Source of the DNA: Octopus vulgaris
Lineage: Eukaryota
Direction: 5' to 3'
Length of the DNA stretch: 64,000 nt
Assembly: GCA_951406725.2 (NCBI GenBank)
Contig: OX597815.1
Span: 72,044,001-72,108,000 of the forward strand
The notes under the pieces were generated by a model. It was not told where the DNA came from and made no database searches. It saw only the letters and a program-made list of their open reading frames with translations. Below are positions 24,811 to 38,389 of this stretch, in pieces. Position numbers and translations under genes: made by a program. Each line of letters starts with the position of its first letter. Position 1 is the stretch's first letter.

Positions 24811-25591
24811 ATGTGTTTACATCCCTGTAACTTAGCGGTTCGGCAAAAGAGGCTGATAGAATAAGTACTAGGCTTACAAAGAATAAGTCCTGGGGTCGAT
24901 TTGCTCGACTAAAAGACAGTGCTCCAGTATGGCCACAGTCACAATGACTGAAACAAGTAAAAGAATATTTACCTTATTCTTTAAACTCTATAATGAGCGT
25001 AGACAATTTGCTTGAATGTATTTTCCAATATTACTGAAATTCAGCCCAGCAGATGAGCTGTCAGATTTCAACCTCTATTCCAGATACTTCTTGGATGAAA
25101 AAAAAAAAAAGAAGTCACATTTAATGCATTCAGTATATATGCTACAGAAAGGGTTCTCGTTTTTCTGCTTGGTATATTAACTGGGCAACCAACTGTAAAA
25201 TAACCCTTCTAAGATCTTCATACTGGACAATATTCTTGGAATGCTCTTATATTCCAAACATACTCCAAGATAGAATTGCATTTTAGCCCCAGACAAAAAA
25301 AAAATGGAGCATAATGGTAAGTTTAATTAGCAGCCTTTGTATCATATGTCTGTTGTGGCAAAGTTCAATGGGAAAACAATAGCTGCTAGATATATTTCCC
25401 CTTGTGAATCCCTTCAGACTCACTGCCAACAAGGAAAATGTCATGATCAAAACAGTAAGAACAGTAATTAGCTAGCTTTTACTTAAAAGTCATCTTTACA
25501 TTTATGATATCTTAAATTATATCATTATCTCATAAAAGATCTGTTCATGTAGATGTTGTTTTATTCAGTTGTATTTTCCTCTTTTTTCCAG

Positions 25592-25657
25592 ACGAAAGAA
25601 GGAAGGCCGTATGCCTCACATTATGTCTGACAAGGCACAGAAACTTAGAGGTTTGAA
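25592..25657 (+). CDS. NSA2: NSA2 exon 3
   Basis: tccag|...|gtaagt; RKKEGRMPHIMSDKAQKLRGL. Confidence 0.93.
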
Positions 25658-26907
25658 GTAAGTATTACTTTCTGTATTTTGTTGGCCTTCTTTGGCAGTG
25701 GGTGGTTGCCATCAGTTCACTATGAGTCAATACAGTTTTTTGTTTTCTAAAAATATATTTTACCATATTTAATACAAGAATATAACAGTACACAGACTGA
25801 AATTGATGAGAAATTACTAATATTTAGTTTCTGTATTATCATGAACTTAACCCCTTTGTTACTTCATTTCTCTTGAAATACACTGCCTTTATTTCAGTTT
25901 CCAAAATTATGAAACATTTAATAAAATAATTGTCATTATTAACCCTTTATTACCATATTTTTGTTCAAATATACTACTTTGTTTCAATTAATTTTTAAAA
26001 TAAAGGATTTAATAAAATGATAATTATTAAGCAGGTGTTTGGAACATAAATTAACATGAAATTCTAATAGGCGGTTTTAATTTATATCTCTTTAAAACTG
26101 ATAAATTGTATCATAGAAGCAATGGCAGTTTCATGCAAGATGGAATCAAAAAGGTTATGCTGGTGTTTGGAACATAATTTAACATGAAATTTTATGGAAG
26201 ATTTTAATTTAGATTACTTCTAAACAGCAAGTTTGTATTGTATAAATAAAAGCAGTTTCAGATGAGTTATTAAAAGTGGTTAAATGAATTTTTGCAAATT
26301 TGGATATTTTTGGTGGAAAAGATGGGGGGAACAATGTCTCCTCTTACTGCTCATTAGCAGTAAAGTGAAAAGGTAGGAAATTTTTCAGTCAGAGGCAGGC
26401 AGATTTATGTGCCTTGAATAATGGCACAGTATAAGAGGTGTAGTTGTACAGTTTGAACCTATCACATATTCAACAGTACTTCAGCATTTTAAACCTTAAA
26501 GTACAGCTACTGTACTCCATTGTGGTTATCAAAAGAATATATCTCTTGTTTCTTTATTGCTCATTCCCATTTAATGTAAATGTATTCTTTGATTAACCCT
26601 TTAGCATTTAAACCAGTCAAATCTGGCCCAAATATTCTACCTGCTTTATATTCAAACAGGCAAGATTCAGCCTCTCGTACATATCCTACAATGTCATTCT
26701 AAACATAAATAGTCATACCATTGAAATCTCAAGGCTACAAGATAATGCATGATTAATTCAAAACATTGTGAATAAATAAGCATTGCATTTGATATATGAA
26801 TACTAAAGAGTTAATAATTTTAGTTCATTAATAATATGTTCAGTTTAACTACCTTTCTTTTGAAATAAACTGTCTCTCATTTTATTTAATATTTTGTCTC
26901 TTCACAG

Positions 26908-26961
26908 GGCCAAATTATATCACAAGAAACGACATGCTGAGAAGATACAAATGAAAAAGAC
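26908..26961 (+). CDS. NSA2: NSA2 exon 4
   Basis: cacag|...|gtatgt; AKLYHKKRHAEKIQMKK. Confidence 0.94.
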
Positions 26962-27079
26962 GTATGTATTTTAATCTTACAACAACATTTACTGTACATT
27001 TATTAATCTTGTCTTTTACTAGTTTGTCATTGGGCTGTGGCCATGTTGGGGCTTCTTTTATTTTCCAAAATTAAGATAA

Positions 27080-27950
27080 ACAAAGTTCTTTTTTAATCTA
27101 AAATATACTCTCCTTCACTTTCTACAATGCTCTTCCATCTATCTGCAAAGCACCTCTTCCAAAATTCACTTGTTCATGACGAAAAATACTCCTCCAGTAT
27201 ATTCTGACCTCATCTACAAAATTCATATTTTTTCCGTCCAAATGAATTCAGAATAAATGATAATCAGATGGGGCAAATATGGTGGGTGGCACATCGCTTC
27301 CCATTCAAACTGCCCCAGCCTTTGGAGTGTCATCCTTGCTGTATGTGGCCAAGCATTATCCTGATGGAAGAACACCTATCATCCTGAAACCAAAGATGGT
27401 CATTTTCCTTCTGGTGCTGACTTTGGCCGCTCAAGCTGCTTGCAGTAGATCTCCTTTGTTATCATTTGGATTGTGTTAAAAAGTTTGAAGTGGACTAAGC
27501 TTTTCATATCTCAGCAAACAGATAACAATACCTTATGTAGGTGAAGACCTTCTTTAGCTTGGGGTGCCAGTGTTTCTCCTTTCCCTACCCACTGTCTTTG
27601 GTACTTGACATTTTTATTGAGAACCCATTTCTTTACACCAATCATTCTGTTCAAAAAAAAAAAAAAAAAAGCTCATTCGTAAGACATGACAGCAAAGAAG
27701 AGCACACATTCACTCTCTGAACACAATTAGACTCAGAAAGTTAGTGAAGAACCCATTGACCCAATTTACTGACTTTTCTGATGGCATGCAGATGTTGATG
27801 AAATCGAAGCTTCTCTGCTAGTTCAACAGATATGATGGGATTTTGTTCCACCAGAGTTTGCAGGATATACAGATCTTCTCGGATGAGGCTCGTCTTCTAG
27901 GCTTTAGTTTCAAGCTCGGAATTTATGGAACCACTGTTCACACTGGCTTC
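27080..27950 (-). mobile_element. Highly degenerate mariner remnant
   Basis: Minus-strand remnants QDNAWPH (~27340-27365) and EWEAMCHPPY (~27275-27307). Confidence 0.6.
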
Positions 27951-28318
27951 TGCTTATTGTCCAATTCCCATATACTGCATTAATATTCCTTGTATCTGTC
28001 CACTGTTCACTGACAAAGTTTTGGTCAGCACAGTACTGTGGTATATAAAAACACTTGCTCATGGTATCACACAGTGGAGTTGAACCTGGAACTGTGAACT
28101 ACACTGGGGTATTGTGAATTGTCAGCTCTCTATTGTGGCATCTGTAGAGATGGGGTAATGCTTTGTCCACAGGACAATGTAGAGGGCACTTGGTGAACTA
28201 AGACATGTAGACCTGGTACAGAAATGTTGGGGAGAGAAACTAGCAGCGAGGTTATTCTTTTTAGTGAAGTATTTTGCTCATTTGTAATGCTAAATATTGT
28301 CTTTATTGTATTTTATAG

Positions 28319-28469
28319 CATAAGAATGCATGAAATGAAGAAAACAAAACAGAAGGCTGATGATGCTGTCCCAGAAGGAGCCGTACCAGCATATTTGTTG
28401 GACAGGGAGGGTCAGACAAGGGCTAAAGTTTTGTCGAACATGATTAAACAGAAACGGAAGGAGAAAGCT
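28319..28469 (+). CDS. NSA2: NSA2 exon 5
   Basis: tatag|...|gtaagt; [50 protein letters not shown]. Confidence 0.97.
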
Positions 28470-29748
28470 GTAAGTTATCACTTTCTACACTGTGAAATTT
28501 AGGAGATTTGGCCAAAGCTTTGAACTATTTAACCCTTAAGGTCATAATTTTGTGCTTCTTAATAATATATACTGTATTTGATGGCATATAAGATGCACAT
28601 TTCCTGCTCCAAAAAATGATCTCAGTTTCTATATGTAAAGTTAGGAAGATATTACGTGTTTTAATATAAATGCTCTGATTCTGCCAGTTTGCTATTGTGA
28701 GTAGATTTGATTGGCAGAAATTGAAAGAAGACTTTCTGTGTGTTTGTGTTATATCTGCAGTTGCTTATATGGAAGTGTGATAATCTGTTGTTGTTAGGTT
28801 CTCTTGTCAACAAATAACTTTTTTTTCATAAATATGCAAATATGAAATTAGTATGCATCTTGTTTGCCATCAAATATATGGTTGTTATAACATTTGCAAA
28901 TTTAAGTTTTTGTCTGATGAGCAGAAGTGAGACTAATGCTTTGAGTAGAGCTCTTTATGTTGTAATTTGAAATTTGTGGTTAAATAGTTAATGTTGAACA
29001 ACATATTTTTGAGGTTGTGAATTTACACATCATTACTTGTGTTAAGCTTTGGGTATTCTATGACATCATAGTTGGAACAGGCAATCCTGTAACTAAGATT
29101 TATATTCTAGACTGACAGTCTTTATAGCCAATCATAGTTTTATTGCTAAATCTTTTAAAAACTCTAAGGTTTATTCTGTCTGATATCACTCTGATATAGC
29201 TTGAAATGCTATAGAAAAGTTTTTTGTTGTTTTCTGGAACATGACATCAACTTAATGAAAAATATGTAATTTTTAATAAAATATAGAAAAGTAACAGCAT
29301 ATATTTATTGCAAATATACATATGAGAAATATGTTTAAGGTAATAAATATATTCATTTCAAAATTAGTATTCTTTCGATAGAAGTTAAAATATAATTATT
29401 ATATGAATTAACAGATTGTTGCATAAAGCAATAACTTAATGTTAGATGTATGGTAGCCCATTGGGAACTATTCTGCATCTTTAGTATTTCTTACTCTAAA
29501 AGGATGGTACTTTATTGTAGCCTCTATGTGTAGCTATTATATGTGTGTTAGTTTGATACAAAAGTGTAAAGCATAAAAACTGTTTTGGTGAAAATTGAAA
29601 TATTCCAAAAGCAAGTCTGTACTTAGTGTTTAATTTATTTTGTGCAATTATTGTAGAAATAACACAAGTTGATTAATTTTGGTTGCCATTGTATACATAG
29701 CAAAATTGATGTTTGTTTCTGTCTAAAAGTAGTGTTTTCTATTTTCAG

Positions 29749-29833
29749 GGTAAATGGAATGTGCCTCTCCCCAAAGTGAAGGGTATGAGTGAGACAGAAG
29801 TTTTCAAAGTAGTCAAAACTGGCAAAAGACAAA
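29749..29833 (+). CDS. NSA2: NSA2 exon 6
   Basis: ttcag|...|gtaagt; [28 protein letters not shown]. Confidence 0.96.
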
Positions 29834-30760
29834 GTAAGTAAATATTGCTTTTATATTTTGGCACAAGGCTAGCAATTTCAAGGGAGAGGGTGAGTTAACA
29901 TCAATCCTAGTGTTCAACAGGTACTTATTTTATCAACTCTGAAAGAACGAAAGGCAAAGTTGACCTAGGAGGAATTTGAACTCAGAATGTAAAGATGGAT
30001 GAAATGACATTAAACATTTTGCCTGCCTAGTTTGGTTGAAACCACATTTTGTTTCATAATCAGGAGGGAAGGCAATGATCACAACTCTTTACAGGATATC
30101 TGAGTGTAGTGGGAGGAGGGAGGACCTGGCTTGTATACTTATAACAAAGTGGCCTTGGCTAAAGGCATATCTTGTGTCAGATTGGATGATAGATTGCCTG
30201 CCACCAGAGTAGACTATGGTGGGATTTGAACTCAAAACACAATGGTCCAGAATATTCTGTATTGGTATTTTTTATCAAACCACTTCACTTTTCCAAAAAA
30301 GTACAGGTGAAAGGCAGAAATTGAAAGAACCGTGACATTACACCTAGAAAGTTATCCCCCTCGCCACAAGTCCATGCAAGGTTGTTAATGGAAGACCAGC
30401 AGTATGCATACCTACCTCCCCTCTCCATGCCACTGATGTTATCCAAGGGAAAGGCCAATACAGCTTGGCACCAGCAATGCCACAACTCATTTCTACAGCT
30501 GAGTGAACTGGAGCAATGTGAAATAATGTCTTGCTCAAGAACTCAACACAGAGCCTGGTCTGGGAATCAAACTCATTACCTCATGATTGTGAGCCTGACG
30601 CTCTAATCACTGAACCTTGTGCCTATGTATGTGTGTCTATACATACATACACATACACGTGTATATTAGAGACACAGGCAGCTGCTATGTTTGTATCTCT
30701 GCAGACAGTTGTAATAAATGAACTGAATGTCTTATGGAACTTTGTTTTCTATTTTTACAG

Positions 30761-30855
30761 AGAAAGCTTGGAAACGAATGGTAACAAAAGTCACATTTGT
30801 TGGTGACGGTTTCACAAGGAAGCCTCCAAAGTTTGAAAGATTTATTCGGCCAATG
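30761..30855 (+). CDS. NSA2: NSA2 exon 7
   Basis: tacag|...|gtaagt; [31 protein letters not shown]. Confidence 0.97.
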
Positions 30856-31377
30856 GTAAGTATTCTAATTTGCACCTTCTCTACTGCAACTACTTTGTGG
30901 TTTAAGTTCATTATCATCATCTTTTTAATGTTCACTGTTCCATCTTTGCATGGATGTACAGAATTTGTTGAGGTGGATTTTCTTTGGCTGAATGCCCTTC
31001 CTGTTACCAATCCTCGCCTGTTTTTAAGCAAGATCATATCTTCCTGTAACCTGATATGTTTTCATGGAAGATTGGAAACTCATTTACAACTGTCAAGGAA
31101 ACAGTAACACACACATTCACATATATAAATGTATATACACATACACACACAAACAGGCTTCTTGCAGGATTTCAACCAATTGTCAAATATCACAAGACAT
31201 TTCATGCAATGCTCTAATGAGTCTACTAATTAGTCTTAACAAAATCCCATTGATTGATATCTCTCACTTGTATTGGTTTTGTTGTTTCCCTTTTAACTGC
31301 AGATAATCTAAAGTATGGAATTAACAATATTTGCATGCAATATTTTCCTTGCAAATCAAGAAAGCATAGTATTCATA

Positions 31378-32563
31378 TGAAAGTCAGGTGAAACGTTCAC
31401 AGGCTGGCCAAGCTACTTTCATGTATTGTGATGAAATGAAGCTTATTTTTCAACATAGTTCCCCTTGTGGTTCACTCACTTCTTCCATCAGTGTTACAGT
31501 GCTTTGGATCCCATTGGGGAAGAAGCTTTAATCCTGTTAGTCAAAAAAGTCTTCAATAGCAGATATCACCTTATCATCACTGATACTGGTTCCCAGCCAA
31601 GTGTTTTATATATATATATATAGGGGAGCAGATCATAGTCAGGTAGGGCCAACTTAGGAAGATATGGAGGAATGATCAATCGGTTCAAAACCACAGTCAC
31701 ACACAGCAGCCACTGAAACCAAGGATTTGTGCACTGGAGCATTGTGTCCTGATGAAACAAGGTTCCTTTTGTGAGTTTTCTTGGACATTTCGTAAATGTC
31801 TCAGCAAACTCGCACGGTACTTACCATTGAGGGTGTGACCCTTTTGAAGATAGTCAATAACACAATACCTTTTGCCTCTCAAAAGCTGAGACCATCACCT
31901 TCCCTGCATATGAAACGACCTCAGTCTTCTTTGGAGCAGGCAAGAAGGGGTGTTTCCACTACATGGATTCTCTTTGTTTCTGACTCAAAGTGATGAAACC
32001 AACACTCCTCCTGGCTCAGGAAACATTCAAGGAAACCAGCTGGATCTGGCTTACACATTGTCAGATTTTCTCTGTGATGTGCACTTTTGATCAGATGTCA
32101 GAAGGCACTCAACAGAAACCTTTGTCACGCCAAGTTCATTGTGCAGAATATTCTCAACTATCTATTCTCAGCTATCACAATGGATATGCTAATAACATTG
32201 GCTATTTGATTTATAATCAATTGCCTGTCATCCATCACCATGTAGTGAAGATGATTGTTTTCCTCGATCATGGCAGCTGCAGGGCGTCCAGACCTTAGGT
32301 CATCTTCAAAACTCTCCGTTCCCTTCCTGAATTCAGCTGCCCACTTTAGCATTGATCGAGCAACATCCCCTAATGTAGTGACTATGTCAGCATGAATGTT
32401 CTGCAGGTTACTTTTGGAGTCTTCTTTAAACAGTGAGATATCAGTTTACCTGAAAGAAACAATGCAGTTATTAATAAAAAGAACTGATATTGATGCGTGC
32501 AAGATTCCACATCTCTAGCACTACTCCTTCACAGTCAACCTATGAACTTTTCAGCCATCCTCG
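31378..32563 (-). mobile_element. Degenerate near-full-length mariner transposon
   Basis: TIR-like ends tgaaagtcaggtgaaacgttcacaggctg / cagtcaacctatgaacttttcagccatcctcg-ta; fragments KWAAEFRKGTESFEDDLRSGRP, VIDYLQKGHTLNGKY, FHQD, PPYLPKLALPDY. Confidence 0.85.
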
Positions 32564-32707
32564 TAGAACCTTATAAATATTTTAATATTAATCGGGACTG
32601 TAAACATTGATATATCAAGGAAGATAACTCTCATGGATTTTAAAGGAAATCTTCGAAAGTTAACTCCCGTTTTTGAATTACCTCCCTTCATTCCATTTCT
32701 TAAACAA

Positions 32708-33017
32708 TACCTCCGCCTTAGCGAAGGCGAAAGGCGGAGGTATTGTTTCCAGTCGTGTTTGTTTGTTTATCCGTGGACAAGATATCTCATGAACTGCTGG
32801 ATAGATTCGGATGAAACTTTCAGGGATGTTTGGCCACGTGACTGGCATGAACTGATTAGATTTGGGGATCGATCCGGTACCGGGCAAGAATTATGGGCGG
32901 TCGGGTTCATTTTTAGTATTCTTGTTTGTAAGAGCAGTCGAGTTTATTTCAGATATTCTCATTTTAGAAATCTTCGGCTAATCGTTGAGAGGTTTGCGCT
33001 CTCTGAGTGCCCTTGTT
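32708..33017 (+). mobile_element. Helentron-associated non-autonomous element (HINE/DINE-1/pearl-like)
   Basis: 5' hairpin TACCTCCGCC...GGCGGAGGTA, (GTTT)n tract, core gattcggatgaaacttt, 3' gaggtttgcgctctctgagtgc stem-loop; CpGs intact. Confidence 0.65.
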
Positions 33018-33291
33018 AAAGTTTCATTTGTTAGATTGAATTCAATTTCTGTTCCTCACTTTTTCCCTTCTCAGCATTGTGGAAGGATTTATAAAAAATA
33101 TCACAACTATTATTAATGTAACTTTGTTTTGTGTTGATAAATATTGGAGTTTTTGATAAGTGCCAATGCACGAAATTCTTGACCCCATGAATCGCTCTCT
33201 AAAGTCTGTCAATTATATATGTGCGTGCGTGTACTTAGGAAGCTCGTTTGCAACCACATGGTTTCGGGTTAATTCCCACTGTAGGAGCCCG

Positions 33292-33333
<42 letters not shown>

Positions 33334-34046
33334 CCCATGCTAGCATGGAGAACAGACGTTAAACGATGATGATGATGATATATATAAAGAGAGAGAGAGA
33401 AGTAAAGAAAAGAGACAGACAGTGGTGCCTTTGTGTTTGTCCTACCTCACTTGGTTTGTTTATATATCTGTAACATAGCAGTTCATCTGAAGTAACTAAT
33501 AAATAAGGATCAGACTTTGTAAAAAAAAAAAGTACTGGGTCAATTTGTTAAACTAAACCATTCAAGGCAGTGTCCCAACATGGCTGTACTACAATGACTG
33601 AGGCAGGTAAAAGATATATCATCATCGTCATCATAATTTAGCATCTGTTTTCCATGCTGGCATGAGTTGGATGATTTGACTGGAATTGGCAAACTGGGAA
33701 GCTCATCCAAAGCTACACGGTCTGTTTTGACATAGTTTTTAGGGCTGGATGCTCTTTCTAACATCAATCACTTTACAGAGAGGACTGAGTGCTGTTTATA
33801 TAAACACACACACACATATCTGAGAGCAGAATATAACTGGAGAGTTAGTATATCTTTCTATTATGACATAAATTACAATTATGTTGTGTGGTACCTAGAT
33901 GATTGCATAATCACAAAAATACCTAGAGGAAATCAGAAGACCAATTGTGTTTAATATTGGATTGGAATGTGCGTATACATGGCTATACATGGAGTTCTAG
34001 GCATAGATTAACTGTTATGCTATATCATTTGAAATAGCAACTCTTT

Positions 34047-34083
<37 letters not shown>

Positions 34084-34661
34084 CATTTAGCATTCATTTT
34101 CCATGCTGGCATGGGTTGGACAGCTTGACAGGAAATGGCAAGGCCAGGGGCTGCACCAATTTCCATGGTCTTTATTGGCATAGCTTCTACAGCCAACCAC
34201 TTTACAGAATGCACTGGGTGCAGAAATTGACTTGATAGAAAAATATTAAGCTTTAGAGACAATATAGATGCATACACCACTGAGCCATGATTGATGTCCT
34301 TGGACTGTGGCCCAGTGATGTGTTTTTCATATATATTGTCTGTGAGGAGAATTTTTCTTCTCTTGAACAGTTTTAGATGCTAATTGTCTTTCCATGTCCA
34401 AGTGCATACAAACGTATTAAATATGATTATTCACACCTATATATCATATAAAACACACCTGTTGTATGTATGTATTTTCATCATGTTGAACCTTTAATCC
34501 CTACAAAATTTTTTTCACTCTCCATATTTTTCCTATTAATCATTTCTGTCGAAGAGCGTAGGTTTGAAGCATCAGACTTTTCCATTCTTTCTGAGTGCTA
34601 AACTAGTACGCCTGCTTATTGTTCCCTCCTCTGTCTTCGTCTTGTTTTCTGTAAATTTGAA

Positions 34662-34712
<51 letters not shown>

Positions 34713-34753
34713 GTTATAAATTAATACAATAAATATTTGTATCTCTTTCACAG

Positions 34754-34894
34754 GGTCTTCGTTTCAAGAAAGCTCATGTAACCCACCCAGAATTGAGAGC
34801 TACATTTCATTTGCCTATCATAAGTGTAAAGAAGAATCCCAGTTCACCCATGTACACATCTCTAGGAGTTATCACTAAAGGAACCATTATTGAG
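34754..34894 (+). CDS. NSA2: NSA2 exon 8
   Basis: cacag|...|gtaagg; [47 protein letters not shown]. Confidence 0.97.
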
Positions 34895-36379
34895 GTAAGG
34901 AGCCAATATTCATATATTCGCTTTGCAGCTTTTCTCTCTTTTTCTTTTTAATATCCATTTACCCATGCTTGACTCGCAAGGATCAGATGAAATTTATTGA
35001 GGTAGATTTCCCATGGTTGGATGGTCTTCTTGTCACCAACCCTCTCCTATTTCCATGCAAAGTAATGTTTTTCCCTAGTCCTTTCAATGCAAACAGCACA
35101 ATGGCCATATGCCTTTGTTTAAAACTGTAATAGGTGCATGTGTGGCTTAGTGATAAGAAGTTTGATTCTCAACAACATGGTATTGGGTCCTAAGGCAAGT
35201 GTCTTCTACCATAGTCCTAGGTTGATCAAAGCTTTGTGAATGAATGTGGTAGATAAAAACTGAAAGAAAGCCATCATATATATATGTGTGTGTTTACTGT
35301 CTTTTTGTCTTGATATCATGTGATTGGTTGTAGACGAGTGTTACTATCATACAATTAGTGTCCTTCATTTCCAATATTCTGTGAGAACATGACTTGCCAC
35401 AGGGAAATATTACCTTGCTTGTAAACAGATGAGTGTCGGTTTCAGAAAGGTTATCTAGCCATAGAAAATCTGCCTCATTATCAACTCCATGCTCCCATGC
35501 AGGCATGGAAAAGTGCACGTTGCAATGATGTCAGTGATGATTTAGCTATTAATTAATGGAATGTAGACTATGTAATTGAATGCAAATTAGCTCAATAAGT
35601 AGCTCAACTTGATTGTGGTCAGGTAGAAATATTACAGCACATTATTGATAACCCACTGCTTAAATTCCAAACCTGAAACCAGTGACGTCTCGATTTGTAG
35701 CTGGGCTGCAACTGGTGGCAATTGTTGGTATTTCTGTCAACACACCATGCCTGTTACACTGGTCAGCACTGCCCCCTCACTATTCACTGGTATACCTTCA
35801 GATTTACAGTGATGCACTTATTTCGAAACTCCACTTTACCATTGTTGCAAATTAGTGCCCACCCAGAATATTCTGAAGAGCCTCTAGGCACCAAAATCTG
35901 GTAACAAGCCTGCAACAAACTTAGGTCTGTATTTTTTATGTCCTCTGGAATAAAAAAAAGAGCCATTACCTGAAAAACAGAAAGAGATTATCAACAAGGA
36001 GTGCATCCAACCATAAAAATCCTACCTCAACCATGAGGCCATAACATCCTGCAAGTTATGAATTTGCATGGTATGACATCCGTTTGTTACTTTTATATTT
36101 ACTGAAACTGCAAGATTTGCGAACCCCTCTTTACATTTGTTTTAAAGGAAGTTATGACCTTTCTAATCTAAGGGAGATAACTTTAATCCCTTCATTTATA
36201 TTCTGTAATATTTATCATTAACATAGGACCCACTTGTTGCTCAACTTTTGTGATTTTTAAAAAAATCAAAACTTTCTTTGCAAAGTGGTCTCTAATCATT
36301 GAGTGACGACTTAACATATACAGGAAAAATACTTAATCCTATATTTTTCTCTCTCTTAACAATTTTTATTCTATTTCAG

Positions 36380-36431
36380 GTTAATGTAAGTGAATTGGGT
36401 TTAGTGACGCAAGGTGGTAAAGTAATCTGGG
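36380..36431 (+). CDS. NSA2: NSA2 exon 9
   Basis: ttcag|...|gtaagt; VNVSELGLVTQGGKVIW. Confidence 0.96.
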
Positions 36432-38321
36432 GTAAGTTTGTAATACACTTTATTACAATAGTTTTGCAAATATTATTTGATCTGCTTACTCGTATAGTTA
36501 CAATAGTAAATTTAATATTTGGTTACTCTCCTCCTCCTACATTGAGTTAGGAATCCTCAAGCATTTTGTCTTAACCCATGTAATGATACCAACCTGCCTG
36601 ACATTCCTCCTTATTCTTTGATACAAACTTGTTTTAAAGTGATTTAAAGTAAGGCCTTTCTTTAAAAATATTTCATGTTAATTTATGCTCCACACACCAG
36701 TTTAATAAGGAAAAATTAATTGGAACAAATCTATAGTTAATTAAAAGGTTACTGTAGTAGTTTTATGATTAAGGATACACTGATTGGGTTGAATTGAACC
36801 CAGCATTGTAGACTTAGAGAACTATTACAACTACCTATAAACTAGTATAATGTGGCGACCTGGCAAAATCATTAGCACATTGGACAAAATGCTAAGTGGA
36901 ATTTCTTCTGGCCTTTTATGTTCTGAGCTCAAATCCTGCCAAGATCAACTTTGCCTTTCATTTCCTTGGAGTTGATAAGAAAAAAGTACCAGTCAAGTAC
37001 TGGGGTTAGTGTAATTGACTTGTTATCTCCCTTCAAAATCACTTACAATAGACCAGATTTCTACTCATGGGTTGTTATGATCTTGGGCACTTATCTTTCA
37101 TAGAAACTGTGTAACCTGCCTTAGAAATCCTAGGGCTCAAGAAGGAATAATAATAATCTTGTATAACATAACATACTGACCATATTTTAACAAACTGAAC
37201 TCTGTATTACAACCATTTAACTTGTCCTGGGTAGGACATAGTATTCTATTTGTCTCAGTCTGCTTTTCATTTCACAGTTGCTTAAAGCTGTGGGGAAAAA
37301 TTGTCAGGGTTAAAAAAATATGCGCAACCTTTTATAATTGATATAGAAATGAATTATATGGTATTTACATTAAACAACCTTATATACTAACTGAAAAGTC
37401 CTGTTGTTATTGTCGTCTCTGTCTACCCTGTTACTTGGGTTTTGGTGATCCCTTGAGCCTGTATAAATTTTTTATTACATAATATAACTTGTACGCACTC
37501 ACTTACTCATAATGTGTTGGGGCAGCTGTAGTCTATTTAACTGAATATAGTAAATATTTTCCTGCAGACCACCAGTGCATTGTTGAAGCTGTCTGTCAGA
37601 ATTTGAACTGTGTCATTAACAAAATTAATTACTGCTCAGAGCATTACAATCTTTGCCACTCCCCACACCCATACAGACATGATAATATCACAAATTGAAT
37701 AATTAGCATACAGGGCAAAATGCTTAACAGCACTCCATCCATCTTTATATTCTGTGTTCAAATTCCTCTGAGATCTACTTTTTCTTCTTTTTGGGATTAT
37801 TAAAACAAATACCAATTCAGCAGTAGGGTTGATGTAATCAACCCCCCCCAAAAAAAAATTGCTGGCGTTGTGCCAAAATTTGTTGCCAATGTCAGTGTTG
37901 TGTAACTGGCATGTAAACAATACCATTCAAACATTGGGCCTCACCAAGACAAGTGACTGAGACCTTTTGGCAATATAATACGTTTGAGAAAACCTGTCAA
38001 GCCAATGGGGCCCTCAAGATACTTCTGTGGATCCCTAATTTATTATTTTACTTGTGTGGGCCCATCCCCAAAAATCTTTATGCTCTCCCCTTCCCCCAAA
38101 GGTCATAGGGACCCTGTTTGCAAACCACTGTCCTAGAGGGATGAAAAGCAAAGTTTGGCCTCAGCCAGATTGGAACAAATACTGCAAATGATTTTTTTTT
38201 CTCTCTTCATCTAAACACTTCTGCCAATCCTTCACCCAGAATAATTATTATAATAATGTTTACACTGTGATAAAATATTTTATGTTAATTTTCTTTTTTT
38301 TTTTCTCTGTTTTCCTTGCAG

Positions 38322-38389
38322 GTAAATATGCACAAGTAACAAACAATCCCGAAAATGATGGTTGTATTAATGCTATATTGTTAGTGTAA
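38322..38389 (+). CDS. NSA2: NSA2 exon 10 (last coding)
   Basis: tgcag|; [22 protein letters not shown] stop; AATAAA at 38402-38407. Confidence 0.97.

Noticed and set aside
25325-25460. Two-hairpin segment in NSA2 intron 2 resembling an H/ACA snoRNA
   Set aside because: No properly placed ANANNA hinge or terminal ACA.
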